A stretch of DNA of 61,825 bases, counting the filler, from Choristocarpus tenellus KU-1152 (lineage: Eukaryota; Protista; Phaeophyceae): NCBI GenBank assembly GCA_964200185.2. It is 13 parts of 13 records of this genome, joined end to end, with 100 filler letters (N's around TTAATTAATTAA, not from the genome) between each part and the next. Parts side by side here need not be neighbours in the genome. Positions count along the whole stretch, not along the records: positions 30,782 to 38,236 come from CAXNAD020006128.1; positions 38,337 to 46,726 come from CAXNAD020004775.1; positions 46,827 to 49,851 come from CAXNAD020022854.1; positions 49,952 to 54,409 come from CAXNAD020014455.1; 9 more parts are not named here. The stretch is one strand, 5' to 3'. Shown here piece by piece: positions 37,396 through 50,512 of this stretch. Both the position numbers and the translations under genes were made by a program. The notes beneath the pieces are model-generated. The model was not told the origin of the DNA. It saw only the letters and a program-made list of their open reading frames with translations, and ran no database searches. Numbering within the stretch: the first letter of the stretch is position 1; each line of letters begins with the position of its first letter.

Positions 37396-37584
37396 GAGTT
37401 ACGTTTTGACCACTCTCTACACGGACGTGGGAGATGGCAAACAAGTTGGAGAAAAAGGTTGGTTCACAACTCTCACTCCATCGACACGCCTTTCCAAGGT
37501 GTAATAGCCTTCGAATTATTTTCAGTTAGTGTCGAATTATTTTCAGTTAGTGTTTGATGTGGGGGTTCACTCACAATATATTAT

Positions 37585-37800
37585 AGGTTCAAACCCCTTC
37601 GGCGCTAGACTTCTTTTCACTAAAATCAGGTTTCGATTGTCCAATTCCACATCAAAAGTACAACAAATTGTACACCACCTGTAGTATTATCGTTGTAGCT
37701 ATATCACAACAACGCTAGACCAAGAATGAGGTGGAAACTATGAGGGGGGCCCGACAAAAGATTCGAGGGAGGAGAAGGAGCAATGAGTGGTGAGAGGTGG
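37585..37800 (+). mobile_element. Degenerate SINE-like family 1 copy upstream of RPB10
   Basis: ggttcaaacccc, aattgtacacc, caaaagatt, gagcaatgag are colinear with 12187-12410. Confidence 0.6.
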
Positions 37801-38869
37801 GAGTGCTAAAACCCAACAAGCGCTCAAGAAGCAAGGCAGGAATGGATAGGTAGTGCAATGTTTGTCGTTGTGCAACAACTATTAGTAGTCGGTTCTTAGT
37901 TTAGGAAGTATTAATATGAGAAGTAGTGGCGTGTTTAGTGCCTAGTGCGGCCACGAGAGGGGATCATCCCTAGACTAATGCGAAAGAAACAGTAAATAGT
38001 AAAAAATAGATCATAGAAAAATGTCGTTCATATTTACACATTTACGACTACTTCCTCTTTTAAGAGGTTGTGCTGACTGACATTTGAATGGTATTCTATT
38101 ATATTTTTCCTATGAAAAGTCTACAGAATGTCAGAGGGCATAATAATTAAAATAGTCATACTGATCCAGCACCTACCCCGATTTTGTGCACCCATGGGCA
38201 TGCCCGAAAAAAGCGGCACAGAATTTATATGGTATANNNNNNNNNNNNNNNNNNNNNNNNNNNNNNNNNNNNNNNNNNNNTTAATTAATTAANNNNNNNN
38301 NNNNNNNNNNNNNNNNNNNNNNNNNNNNNNNNNNNNGTGAACTTTCCGCGCACCATTTTGGGTCAAACCCATCCTTCATAATATGCTCCATCCTCAATTT
38401 TGGTGAGAGGCTATTCTAAAGAAAAAATGTTAATGAAGATAGATCCTGAGAAATATAAACCACCTGTTACGTACAGAGCGATTGGAGGGAGCTTGTATTA
38501 TCTGAGGAAGGTCCCTCGTTAGGGGTGATGGATTGTATCTCTTGACACTTATCTGTTGTCCTTAGGCATTGACTCTATTGATTGTTAGGGACATCGATCA
38601 TCTAGGCACGCTGCTATAAAATACCTGTGTCATAGTTTGATATTTTGTGGCTGTTGGTGGGAGCGTTAATGTTGTGTTTGTAAAGTTGCTCAATGTGCAA
38701 GTTGCGCCAGTTAATTATTGATGTACAGACTCGAGGAAACCGGTTTCTCATAGTTACTTCACAGCATGTAACGTATGGTGGTTGTTTTCTTGCTACCGAC
38801 AGAACAAGAAAGAGAACATGTTGGTGTGTGCGCTATACAGATTTGCATCTTCAATTTTGGAATTAGTTG

Positions 38870-39132
38870 AGCGTAAAAGTTAACTATTGGTACTCAGAGT
38901 TGAGGTTTAATGATGCTGACAAGTTTGTTCAAAAATCGGCTTCTTTTACACAAATTTGTACAGGATATTTTTTGAATTGCGTCGGGCAAAGTTTCAAATA
39001 ATTCAGAAGTAAACACTTTCAAGTCGAACTTAGAACTTCATCCATAGAAATATCGGTGAATGGTAAACGATTGAAGAACAGACTTAAAATGCAAATAGAC
39101 AAAACCTGAGTACCTCTCGTTTAGCTTGACTC
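38870..39132 (+). mobile_element. MITE family C (GAG...CTC termini), degenerate
   Basis: Imperfect TIRs gagcgtaaaagttaactattggtactcagag / ctgagtacctctcgtttagcttgactc; inverted homolog at 40871-41082. Confidence 0.6.
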
Positions 39133-40870
39133 TGAGCAAAGGAATCGAAAGGAGGTGATCAGATTTCGCAACTCGACAAGTTACGGGATTTTTTCATCCT
39201 TTCGTATGGAGCACGATCCTGCAAGGGAATAGATGACGGGCAAAATGTAATTGTACGTATAGCACATGGCGAACTACTCTATATAACTAAGACTGTCGTA
39301 TCATACTCTAAATTAGTACAAAATATTTAATAATTTCGTACATCAACATATTATCTACAATGAGATATTTGAGGAGTGTACCTATTGTTCTTCTATAGTC
39401 GTGGTAGATCAAAAATTAATCTACTAATTCATGTCCTTAAGTAGTAGTTTGTATCATCTCCTCTGTACCAGGGTAAGTCAGTGGAACAAATCCCATAATA
39501 GGCCTCCTTAGCTCTCTGGAGGGTCTTTGCTTGCTATGGCAGTCATACAAAAATGTACCACAGGCTCCCTGGAGTGCATATAATAACACTAACACTCTGA
39601 AGTACTAAATCAAAGACTAGGAATTCTATACATTCTTTGGTGTTACTACTAACAAAAGTACAAACTACAACACTGAATTTTTTTTCCGTGTATGTATGAT
39701 GTAAAATGTTCCAAGTAAAATATCGGTGGGCTGAAGTAAAAGAAAAAAATTCAGGAGTACAATATATATACGTCCAAGTGGTGAAACCCTACGCACTGTG
39801 TAACAGAGGCGAAGTGAAACACAGAGTGCCTCATTTTAATTGAACATGCAACAATTACCTACAGCAGGAACAATATTTCAACGCCAAAGACATATATATG
39901 CGCAGCATTTATGTATGTGATCTTTGGCGTCCTTAGCCACGACCCAAGTTCTATTAATACTATTGCAATGTATAGTCTTTGCATGTTCACATCAAGTTCT
40001 GCCGAAAATGTCGGCAGAAAATGGGAAGTTTATGAAGTAATCTGAGTTATGCGGGCGGGGGAATTCTGGCAGGACTGATGAACGGGGAATAGAGGGCTGA
40101 TTAGGGCAAAAGAAAAATAATCAGAAGGTGGACGAAGAGTTAAGTACTGGGTGGCTAGGAGGCAGAAGAGGTTGGAGAGAAGTTAAAAGATATGGGTGGT
40201 GGGCGGAAGCATGAGGTAGGAAGGGTGTATAGAAACTTAAGGAAAACTTGAGGTTGGTGGGACAGGACAAGCAGGGCTAGAACAAGGCAACCTCTGAGCA
40301 ATCTTTCCCACCCACCCACCGTTTCGATTGCTCATGACCAACTGGGATGGTGGGGAACAGGGGGGGGGAAGTCAAAAGTTTGGGGTATATGTGTCTTCTA
40401 GTTCACAGGCACAGTATTGAAGTGGATGATGAAGGGGTGTTCTTGGATTATTGTGGAGTGGTGTAAAGTGTTACGGGGTTGAACGCTGCAATCGAGTAGA
40501 AAGTGGTGACAACCGAAACTCAGTGGTGAAGGGGTCACACTGGTCGGTCATCGGATGTGGTTGGTGACCGGAAATCAGTGGCAAAGGGAGTTCGTAATGG
40601 TAGTTCGTGGGATAGGCTGGTGGCTGTAAGTTCAGTGACCGAGCGGGCACACTGGTTGGTCACAAGTGGCGTTACAGTGGGGGGGGTTGAACAATTGGAA
40701 TGCAACAAGAATAATAATTAATAATAATCCAGAATTCGTGAGCACAGCAAAAAGCTGGATATTATAAAAAATATTCTTAGAAGTAGTAGGTATGCAAACA
40801 TGTACCACACTCAGTCTAGGTACAGGGCCTCATGGTTTGTCTTCTTCATCCGGAGTATGTATAGTATACT

Positions 40871-41082
40871 GAGCCAATGTAAATGAGAGGTTCCCAGTTT
40901 TTGTCCGTTCTGTAATTGCTTACAATTCACCCATATTTCTATGGATGAAGTGCTGAGTTCGACTTGAGAGTGTTGATTCTTCAGTTGTTTCAGACTTTTC
41001 GACAGAATTCAGAAAATATGTACACATAATTATCAGCATCCTAAAAATGCAACTCTGGGTACCTCTTGCTTAACTTTGACTC
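40871..41082 (-). mobile_element. MITE family C, inverted copy
   Basis: atatttctatggatgaagtgctgagttcgacttga is the reverse complement of 39019-39053; termini gagcc...gactc. Confidence 0.6.
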
Positions 41083-43999
41083 CCTGTTGTACTAGCTAGG
41101 AGGTGTACAAGAACCTGCATGCATACAGTTGTGCGATGGTTTGACTCTTGACAGTGGGGAGTCTTGTTTGGACAAGTTATTGGTGCACAAGGTGCTAGAC
41201 AAGGATACGATGTGATGTTATGTACAGTGGATTTACTCACCAGTTAGATATGATTAACCATGAAAGCCATTCTCCGGATGCTGTTTATCACCTGTTCACA
41301 TTGTCATTGTAGCTTACCACTGAGTGCCCACTTGCCGTACCACTTGCAACTTGGAGTGCGAAATAGGAGCGATAAAGATTGTACAGAACTCAAAGTATAT
41401 TTTGTGCAAATGTAGTGGGAAGGAGCGAGATTTTCAAGGCTTACATAAAACACCATGGTATAGAGGCCAGTCAATACATCCATATATTTCCTTGCCAGAG
41501 AAACCCAGTATTGCTGCATATTCTATAGGATTTCGTTTTTTAAGGTCATGCCTGGAAAAATCCAGTTGTACACAGTCCACACCTAACGAAATACACAACT
41601 TAAGCCTAAAAGAATACTGAACTATACTACTACCAGTATAGTACATGATGCGCTGCTGAAATAGCAACTAGTCTGTCGACTCACATCCTCCACATATCAT
41701 CTTCAAGCAATCACACAGTCATATGTCTGGCATAACAAGACCAGAAACTCCACAGGCAGACACAGAACGACACAACTTTCGTAGGTTAGACAACAAATAC
41801 AACAACATTCCAAGACAACAACGGGGCTTACTCTCAACATACACCTAATTACAGTCAATAATCGAATCAAAACAAAAATCGGTACCATCAGTTTCACGCC
41901 AACAGCCTGAAAAATATGAATACGAAAAAATGATGGCCCTTTGCAAGGTCACACTCTGCATCATATCTCACTGCCGTATCACTCATAATGGTGGTCATTG
42001 GCTCGGCAAATGACTGCCACCACAAAGGACCACACCATTGACATTATACTAGAATATACAGCCACAAAGGAGTGTCTTGGTTGTAGACGACTCCTCACAC
42101 TAGTACCCAGACAATATAAAGTCAGCACATACACCTGCTGCAACAGAATACCTTGGATAGAGCTACCAATAAGAACGAACAGTTCTGAGTCACAGCAGTA
42201 CGCAAGGCCCAACAAAAGACTCAAAGGATTTATCAACTAAAGCAACGCTAGCTACATAGAGGGTTAGTGCAAGCACAAGGAAAGGAACAAGAAAAAAACC
42301 TACAGAGCCGTACTAGACAAGAGGCAAAACTTCCAGCAAACCTTGAATATTCCACAAGACACCAAATCAAGGCCAATACGTGCTCTGCTCTCAGCACAAA
42401 TCTCAGTAGGAACAAGGTAAAAACAGAATTTCGAAAAAACACTGCCGAAGGTAATCTCACCAAAAACCTCAAAAGCCCTCACAGACACACCATCGATACA
42501 AACAATTTCTACTAGATGGAGATGGGAAATGCTCAATACAAGAGCTGCAAGAGGGGGCCAGGGGGGTTAGCTGGAGGACGATGGGGCACTTTCTCTAACT
42601 GCACACTTGGGATACAGAATATGATGGTAATCACAAGAAGTTCTTTCACACAGACCTTGCCGAGGCACCCTCACCGGAGTATGAGGGGAGCAATCGTCTC
42701 ATACCGTCACCCTACACATAAACATCACAACACAGGGACTACAAACACATGATACACTCTCTCACTCTCTATGCACAGCTAGCATTACACCCCTAAAGGT
42801 CTTTCCTGAACCACATGGAAGTGGTAGAGTAGTCAAGGGGCCACAGGAAAACACAGGATACTCTGGAATGATCAGTATCCAGAAAAGAATCTGGATCATC
42901 TCCCAGTCTCATTTGACATTTTCCCCACACAATTGTACACGGATGTTGCATTTAAATAACGTGGTCTAAACCTCAATTGACACAAGAAACCACATTAGCT
43001 CCAGAGGCACCAGTTGCGGATAGTGTCTGGTGAGGTGGGAAAAAAGGATGGGGAGGAGGATTGTACTGATAACACATATCGACAATTAGGAGCTAGAAAT
43101 AAAGCTTCAGAAGGAGTGTTGACAAAGGTGGCATTTGAGGACCAATTTTGAGCCCTCAACATTTGAGTCCACTGCCTAGGATTTAGCACAATGACAACTA
43201 CTGTTCACAGCTTTGTTTTGCACATTCTATGGTTCGAGGGCTTGACATTAGGAAGTTGTACTTCAGAGAGAACCAGATGTAAGTGATATATTCTTAGGGG
43301 GTGTATTGACTACTTCATATTATATTACAAGGTGTTTCTTCAAGGTTTTCCCAACATAGAATGCAACAGGCGTTCATTTGATAGATCTGCACTTCTTACG
43401 TTTTAATGTAACAGTGTAAAAAAATGAAGTGCAATGGTATAGATACTAGGACAGTGTGCTAACCTTACTTCTCATGTTCGAAATACTGATGTAGAGAGCA
43501 GGTCTGAGGGAACCTCCAGTGGCACATCTCAGGTTGAGAGCCTTTCCGGTTTACCAAGTCCAAGGACACCTCTGGTGGGACATTTCTGGCTGAGAGTCTT
43601 GCCAAGGGCCTTCTAGTTGATTCAGTTTTTTTTGTCATTCAACGGACTTCCAGCTCTTTTCACATTCTCCATGAATTCCTTGTCTCACTCAGATCGTCTT
43701 GGGTGACTCTGATTGGTGGAGGTGTCTTATCACTTTTCAACCATTCAAGTGTCACACTTGACCTAACTCTCTTCTCTTCCACTTCTGTTTGGGTTTGTCT
43801 GTGCACAACTTACTCTTGCAGTTGTGGTGATTTCAACCTGATTATACAACACTAAAACAGACACTTCGATTTCTAGGCGAAACTGTGCAATTGCTAGAAC
43901 TCCCATGTAGATGAAAAGTGCGCCTGTGGAAAGCCAGGCTCCTGATTTTTTATGTTTGTCCATGTGGATGAGATATTGATAGCTGAGGAATCAAGGCCA

Positions 44000-45350
44000 G
44001 GCTATGCTGTTGGGGTATCATCAAGGGGCTTAACTAACAGTTACCGGTGGTGAATTTTGGTGTGGTGACCAAGTTCATGTGCCGCAGGATCAGGTTGAAC
44101 AGAAAGGCTGGGACTTGTGGTGGACCAGATTTTTTACATAGGAGACCTGGCGGAAAGAAATGGGACACATGGATTCACAAGATGCCAACTCTCAAACTGC
44201 AAAAGATATATCAGGTCTAGTCATTATTGCTGCCCACTATCCCAACCATCGCTCTGTAGCCATCTGGAACAAGCCCTTCCTGCTCCACTCTCTTGGTGAT
44301 TGATGGTAGTTCATAAGTTGTGCCAATCCCATGTCTTTCTTCCATATCTCCTATGTACAATCTCTGATCCATCACTACAAATGCCCCATCTTATCCACCC
44401 GATTCTCCAGCCCATAAACTTGGCCACCTCACTCAAATTCACCAATGGGCACTTCTTATTAAGCCTCCCGATGATACCAACAGCATAGCCTGACCCTGAT
44501 TCCTCAGCAATCAACGTCTCATCCACATGGACGATCATGATCACCATGGCCTTACCATCCACGCAACATGGATCAGCCTCAGACTGACTGTTCCAATCCC
44601 AGGTCAAACAAAGCATCCACAGCATTTATTTCCAGTTCTAAGACTCCTGGACGGTCCCATGCAGGGACTTCTTCAGCGATCCCACTGCTCCATCAAACTT
44701 CGAGTTCCTGCAATCCTAGCCCGGCTTTGGATCTCTACACAGACCACTCCTTAGACTCCATTGCACTACTCATAGTCTTGGGTTCAGGTGGTAATATTAT
44801 CCCATTCCCACCCATAAGTAGACCAACCAGTCTCTTCTCATACCTCAGTTGTTGCTTGGATGGTGAGCGTGTTTCAGGTGGAGAGTCGCTGTTATGAACT
44901 ACAAGTCTCAGCATCAATGTATCCCTCCCACTCCCCTGCTCTGACTTCTGATCCATTACCCATCCCAGTATCCAATACACCATTTGATCCCACTAACTCC
45001 TAATTCAACTCCCGCTCACTGCCTGGTACCTGAGGACTTGAAACAAATTCCACAGTGTCATCTCCACCTGACTCCACCAATTTTCTGCCTGGTTCAGACC
45101 TGGTTCGTACCCCTTCCTCAGGCATCAAACCACCTTCCCCTACATCTATGTGCAGGGACTTCCAGTGGGGATTAACAGACGTTGGGGACAGGCTAATAAG
45201 AGTGTTGACCATATTGTGTGCCTCCACCCATTGTCCTACTTGATTGCCCAGACCAGTTACCTGTATCATGGCCAATCCTGTTAAAATGTCTCGTTTGACC
45301 ATACATCTGATTGATGTCAATATTGACATACACATAGCGGGTCTCACTCC
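44000..45350 (-). mobile_element. Decayed Ty1/Copia pol (post-integrase region and RT)
   Basis: EPKTMSSAM, EADPCC, IVHVDETLIA, MTRPDISFAV motifs with stops and frameshifts. Confidence 0.8.
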
Positions 45351-45399
45351 GCCACTCTGCCCCCACCGGGCAGTGACATTTGCTGCATGTCTCAGCTAA

Positions 45400-45920
45400 G
45401 ACCAGCTCATTGGATGCCAGCTGGAATATCCTTCTCTGACATTGCGTTCACTCCAGTCGACTGCTCAAGATCAACATCTACTCTAGGCATATACTTGAGG
45501 GAGGCATCTCTTTCACAACAGTCCCCCCTTGGGTCAATCGGTCAATGGCATCTCCTGCAACCCACCCAAGGGTATACTCTCCTGTTCCTACATCCTCCAA
45601 CATTTAATCGCTCCAGTCGACTTCTCACAATCAACATTAGCTCTGGCCATGCTTGAGGCAGGACTCTCCTCCTCAACAGTTTCCCTGGGTTGATGGCATC
45701 TCCTGCAACCCCTCCAAGGGTACGCTTCCTTGTTGCTACAACATCCTCCTCTGATACAGCACTCACTACAGTTGACCACCCAAAATCAACATCAACTCTG
45801 GCCATTCTCCTCCTCAACAGTCGCCCCTGGGACGATGGCATATCCTTCAACCCTTCCAAGGGTGTACTCTCTTGTCCCTACAACATCTTCCTCTGATGTT
45901 CTACCCTCTTCAGATGACCC
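45400..45920 (+). repeat. Degenerate tandem repeat, ~145 bp x3-4
   Basis: atggcatctcctgcaaccc..caagggt recurs at ~45545, ~45692 and ~45835; a(ga/aa)tcaacat...ctct(a/g)g also recurs. Confidence 0.8.
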
Positions 45921-46439
45921 CCTGAGACAATATGAACTCCAGCCCTTGTGTGGGTGAGTTTGTCTGTCCCTGCCCCCCCCCCGGGCAAGAGCTAGTCCCG
46001 ACATGATCCTCTCTGTCATGTCTGGTACATTGGGTGATCGTCTTCTGTTCAGATCTGGCAATGCCAGTAGATTCCTCCAGCTGGCTTTTGAATTAAAAAT
46101 TCCATATATCTTCCCAACCGTAGTTTTAAACTGCGATCCAGGTTCCACAGTAGAAAGGATAAATTGCAAAGGTTTTCCCTTTTCCAACATAATTCTCCAC
46201 CTGACTCTTTCTCCTCTTGAATCGATGAAAACTCACCAGTATCGATAACATCACCATGATTGGAGAAGGTTTCCCCTTCTTTCCCATTTCTCCTCTTCCT
46301 TCGAATATTTGGTCTAGAATATCTCGATCCTTCCCAAGTCACCCCAACGGTTCCCTCGTGTTTAGGACAGCAGCAAGCTTGTATCCTGCCACTGGCTAGG
46401 TCTCCGTGACAATGTTGTCCCCCACCTTCTCCTCGATTG

Positions 46440-46726
46440 CCTCCAGGATCCCCCCCCTTGGTGTGTGGCATTGCCCTGTCCGGCTGCACAAAGATGGTAT
46501 GTCCTTTCACACCGAAGCATGCGGTCCTTCATTTCCAGGATGACATCCTCGATCATGACCTTCTTATACCTCTCCCCGTCCACCGTGGCTAGTACAAACA
46601 CCTTAGTGCCCTTGGCCCGGTGTTTGCTGAAGCACTGAGTGTCCTCAGTGTCCGCAATTGACCAGATCCTAATTTTCCCATCAAACCATGCCAAGTTGGA
46701 GAGCTTCCTAGGGCGGCCCATAGGCG
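46440..46726 (-). mobile_element. Tc1/mariner (plant-type DD39D-like) transposase remnant
   Basis: RPRK....WFDGKIRIW...SKHRAKGT...YKKVMIEDVI and, after a frameshift, IFVQPDRAMPH (compare QQDNARPH). Confidence 0.8.
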
Positions 46727-46826
46727 NNNNNNNNNNNNNNNNNNNNNNNNNNNNNNNNNNNNNNNNNNNNTTAATTAATTAANNNNNNNNNNNNNNNNNN
46801 NNNNNNNNNNNNNNNNNNNNNNNNNN

Positions 46827-49330
46827 TTGTTTTTTGTGTGGTTTATTTTGTGGTGGTGGGTTGTGGTGGGGGGTTGGGGGTTGTGTGTGTTTGTGTATGT
46901 ATGTGTGTGTGTGTATGTGTGTGTGGGTTGTGTGTTTCTTTTATTTTCTTTTATTTTTATTAATATTTTTATTGTGTTGATTGTGTGTGGTTTTTATTTG
47001 ACAGGTCTGTTTGACTATGAACAAGAGTTTTGATGTGGTATGATAATTTATTTTTATTTTGATAGAAGAAAAAATGAGTGGAATGGTTGTGGAATACGTG
47101 TGTGTGTGTGTGTGTGTATGTAATGTTTGAAAAATACCGTACCTTTTTTGAAGTACCTTTGTTAAGGAGTGGGTAGTGGATACTTGTATTTTACTTACAG
47201 TTCGTGGACAGGGTAAACATTGTAATGAAAACAATTCTTTTTTAATGATTTTTTTTTAATGGTAGTTAAAAAATGCCTTCCAGGTATTTGTATTTATGAA
47301 CGTAGGGTATGATGGTGCATTGGTAAGTTTTCCCATATGTTGTTCTGTTGTCATCTCTTGTGATATTTATATTTATATTTATATATTTTTAGTTGTAGAT
47401 ATTTATCTTTTCATTGTACTTTTAGAATATTACTAGAATATTATTTCAATGCTCCTCTGCAATCCTTTTTTTTTTATTGTTCAGGAGCGTGTGGATGAGA
47501 AAGAGCATGGGAGAGCTTACTGGAGTGCTGGTGGGTTTTGAACTATTTTTTTTATTATTCAGCATGTTTATTACTGTTACTGTTATTATTTTATTTCATT
47601 TTATTTTTATTGTTATTTTTGTATAATTATTGTTATATTTTAGTATTGTTAATTCTATTGTTATTGTTACTTGTATTATTATTAGGTAGATTTTATTGTT
47701 GTATTTATTTTTATTATTATTATTATTACTATTATTTTTATTATTGAGGACTGGATTGATTGAGTATGTGTAGGTATGATGTAGATGACATTAATAATAA
47801 TACTAAAAATGTGTTGAGTGTGTATAGTAATTTATTATTATAGTAATCATTATAATGTAGTTATCGTATTCCAATTGTAAGTTGTGTGCTATTTTGAAGT
47901 ATGAAATGTAGTACAAAGAGCATGTGTTCACTTCACTATGTTGCCTTACATATATATATATATATATATATATATGTTTTTTATGGTGTCTACTGTGTTG
48001 GAGAAGATTGACATATTCTTTGGGCATAGAGTAGAACAGAGGTTATCAACAGGTGTGAGATTCAAGGTGATGAGTTAACTTAAGGTTAGGGTTAACACTG
48101 AAGTTAGGGTTAAGGCTAATGCTGCATTAATAGTGTGGAGGTTTGAGGCTGCAACCAGGGTTAATGTTAAGTCTTGGGTTGGTGTTCCATTAAGGCTAAT
48201 AAAATTGTATTGTAGATTTCATTGCATAGTTTTAACCTAGAGCTTGTGTGTAGGTGTTAGGGTTAGGGTTAGGGTTAATGTCTGAGGTTATGGGTAGTGA
48301 GAGACATGGCAAAGACGATCAATCATGCCTCCCAAGGTGAGTGTATGGAAGGTGAAAATGGGGGAGTTCCTTGTATTCTTGGCAATGATGATGATATTGT
48401 GACAAGGAGACTTGCCTCAAGGTATACCTCATGTGTGTCAAACAACAGAGTTGTACCTCTGTAAATATACTTTTTTATTGAAAAAAAGTAGCAAAATTTT
48501 AGGAAATCCGATCTTTCACTGTAATAAAGTATGTCTCCGGTTTTTTCAGGGAACAAGTTTTCTATTTTTTTTGTAGCTTGGTGTAGAAAAAAACATTTAA
48601 TAATATTAATAATAATAATAATTTTTGTATCATGATGTGAAAATCGGTACCAAGGCAGGTGTGTTCGGAATTCGTTCAATGTATTTTTTTTTTTATTGGC
48701 GTGCATTTTTTTTGTACAATAGAATTCTGTGCATTGTTTTATTGAAATACGTAAAAATTGCAACTCTATTTTTCTTTTTGTTTATTTTTTTCCAACTCTC
48801 TGTATATATATATATATATTTCCAACTCTCTGTATATATATATATAGATATATATAGATATATATAGATATATTTTCCAACTCTCTGTATATATATATAC
48901 ATATTAGTCTGATCCTCACATGGCGAGGGGGGATGAGGAGGGAGAAGAAGTCAAGGATGGAAAGGACGACAGGTTGAAGAAAGGACCTCAGAGTGAGGTA
49001 ATTATCCATTCAAGTTTTGTCAGTAAGTACATTACTGACTTGAGTGTTGTGAGAGTGTTGTGAGAGTGTTGTGCGCTGGTTAGGTTTTGTAGTATTATGG
49101 GAGGGATTGTGTTGCAGTTTGGAAATGGGGGGAGAAGAGATGAAGAAAAGATGAGGAGAAGAGATGAAGAAAAGATGAGGAGAAGAGATGAAGAAAAGAT
49201 GACGTGCACAGTGTGGGTCATTCATTGTATATTTGAAAAGAACGATCATTAAATTTTTTTTAAGATACACATACTATGTGTGTTTAGATCTCTACACGTT
49301 TTTTAAAGATTCACATACTATGTGTGTTTA
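46827..49330. repeat. Low-complexity AT-rich contig: (TG)n, (TTA)n, (TA)n, 24-bp x3 repeat (49130-49202), degenerate TTAGGG tracts
   Basis: Direct observation. Confidence 0.85.
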
Positions 49331-49589
49331 GATGTTTTCTTAAATCACACACTTTTGAACTTTTGTCTGTACTACCCATTATTTTATTTTATAGTTTGTA
49401 TGTAGATTGTTTATCTCTACATACGTGTGCAAAGGCGTTCCTAGTGGGCATGAACCTACCTTGTGTCTGGAGAGTGAATCAAGTCCTTGCCTGCCACCAT
49501 CCCAATCTCCCTCACTCTGCTATTCTGACCCCATGATGCTGGCTCGACCTGTGGTACTAGTCCCTGTTCTGACCTCCTCCTCTGTCCCG

Positions 49590-49750
49590 GCCCCGGTTCT
49601 GGTCCTGGTCCTGGTCCTGGTAACTGTGGGTCTTATCCTGGCGATGGTTCTACACCGGTCCTGGCAACGTTTGGGTCTCATCCTGGTCCCGGTTCTGTAC
49701 TGGTCCTGGTAACTTTGACCCTGGTACCGGTACCGGTACCGGTACCGGTT
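49590..49750. repeat. Hexamer repeats (GGTCCT)n and palindromic (GGTACC)n
   Basis: ggtcctggtcctggtcctgg; ggtaccggtaccggtaccggtaccgg. Confidence 0.9.
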
Positions 49751-50512
49751 CCTTACAGGAGGAGTATGTCCACCCACTCCTCAAGTATTACCAGATATAT
49801 GGGCGCATCCCCCCCCCAGTTTCTTCAACACCTATCTGTTTGAGATTGTATNNNNNNNNNNNNNNNNNNNNNNNNNNNNNNNNNNNNNNNNNNNNTTAAT
49901 TAATTAANNNNNNNNNNNNNNNNNNNNNNNNNNNNNNNNNNNNNNNNNNNNGGCTCAGGCAAAGGATGCCTCCTTATGTATGTCTCCCTGGCTGATTTTG
50001 TCTATAAGCCCCCCCCCCCCACAGCCACCAGCAGTGGGTGGCCATCAGATAAACACAGCAGGTTAGCATTGTCATTGTGGATGGTAGGCATTGGTGTGTG
50101 CCTGTGTGAGGAGTTCAACTGAAGATAAAAAAAATGGGAAATCAAGAACAGCACCCTTATGGGGCAGCATTAGTTTGTCAAGCGCATGGCAAAGGAGTGC
50201 AGCAAATAAGAGGGAGGCAACAAGGTACAATGCCATGTTGTACTACACATATTCATCTACATCCTAACTCAGACACAAATCACACCAGCATAACCAACTG
50301 GAGTATGAGAAACTGAGGATAGAAGTGTTGACAAGATTTGTTGCACTTGGGGCCCTCTGTGAAACTGTGAACACAGTCTCTTTCACCTCACCCGCCTTAC
50401 AACCCTCACGTTCACATAATTGCAACATCAGCCCTATCAATTTCCCTACTAACATACAATTGTTCCTCTTCCCACCCTCCTACCTCCTCCTGTTTCTCCA
50501 CTACACACATAC

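Noticed and set aside
46827-49777. Hydrophobic or repetitive ORFs in the AT-rich contig
   Set aside because: They arise from microsatellites and low-complexity DNA
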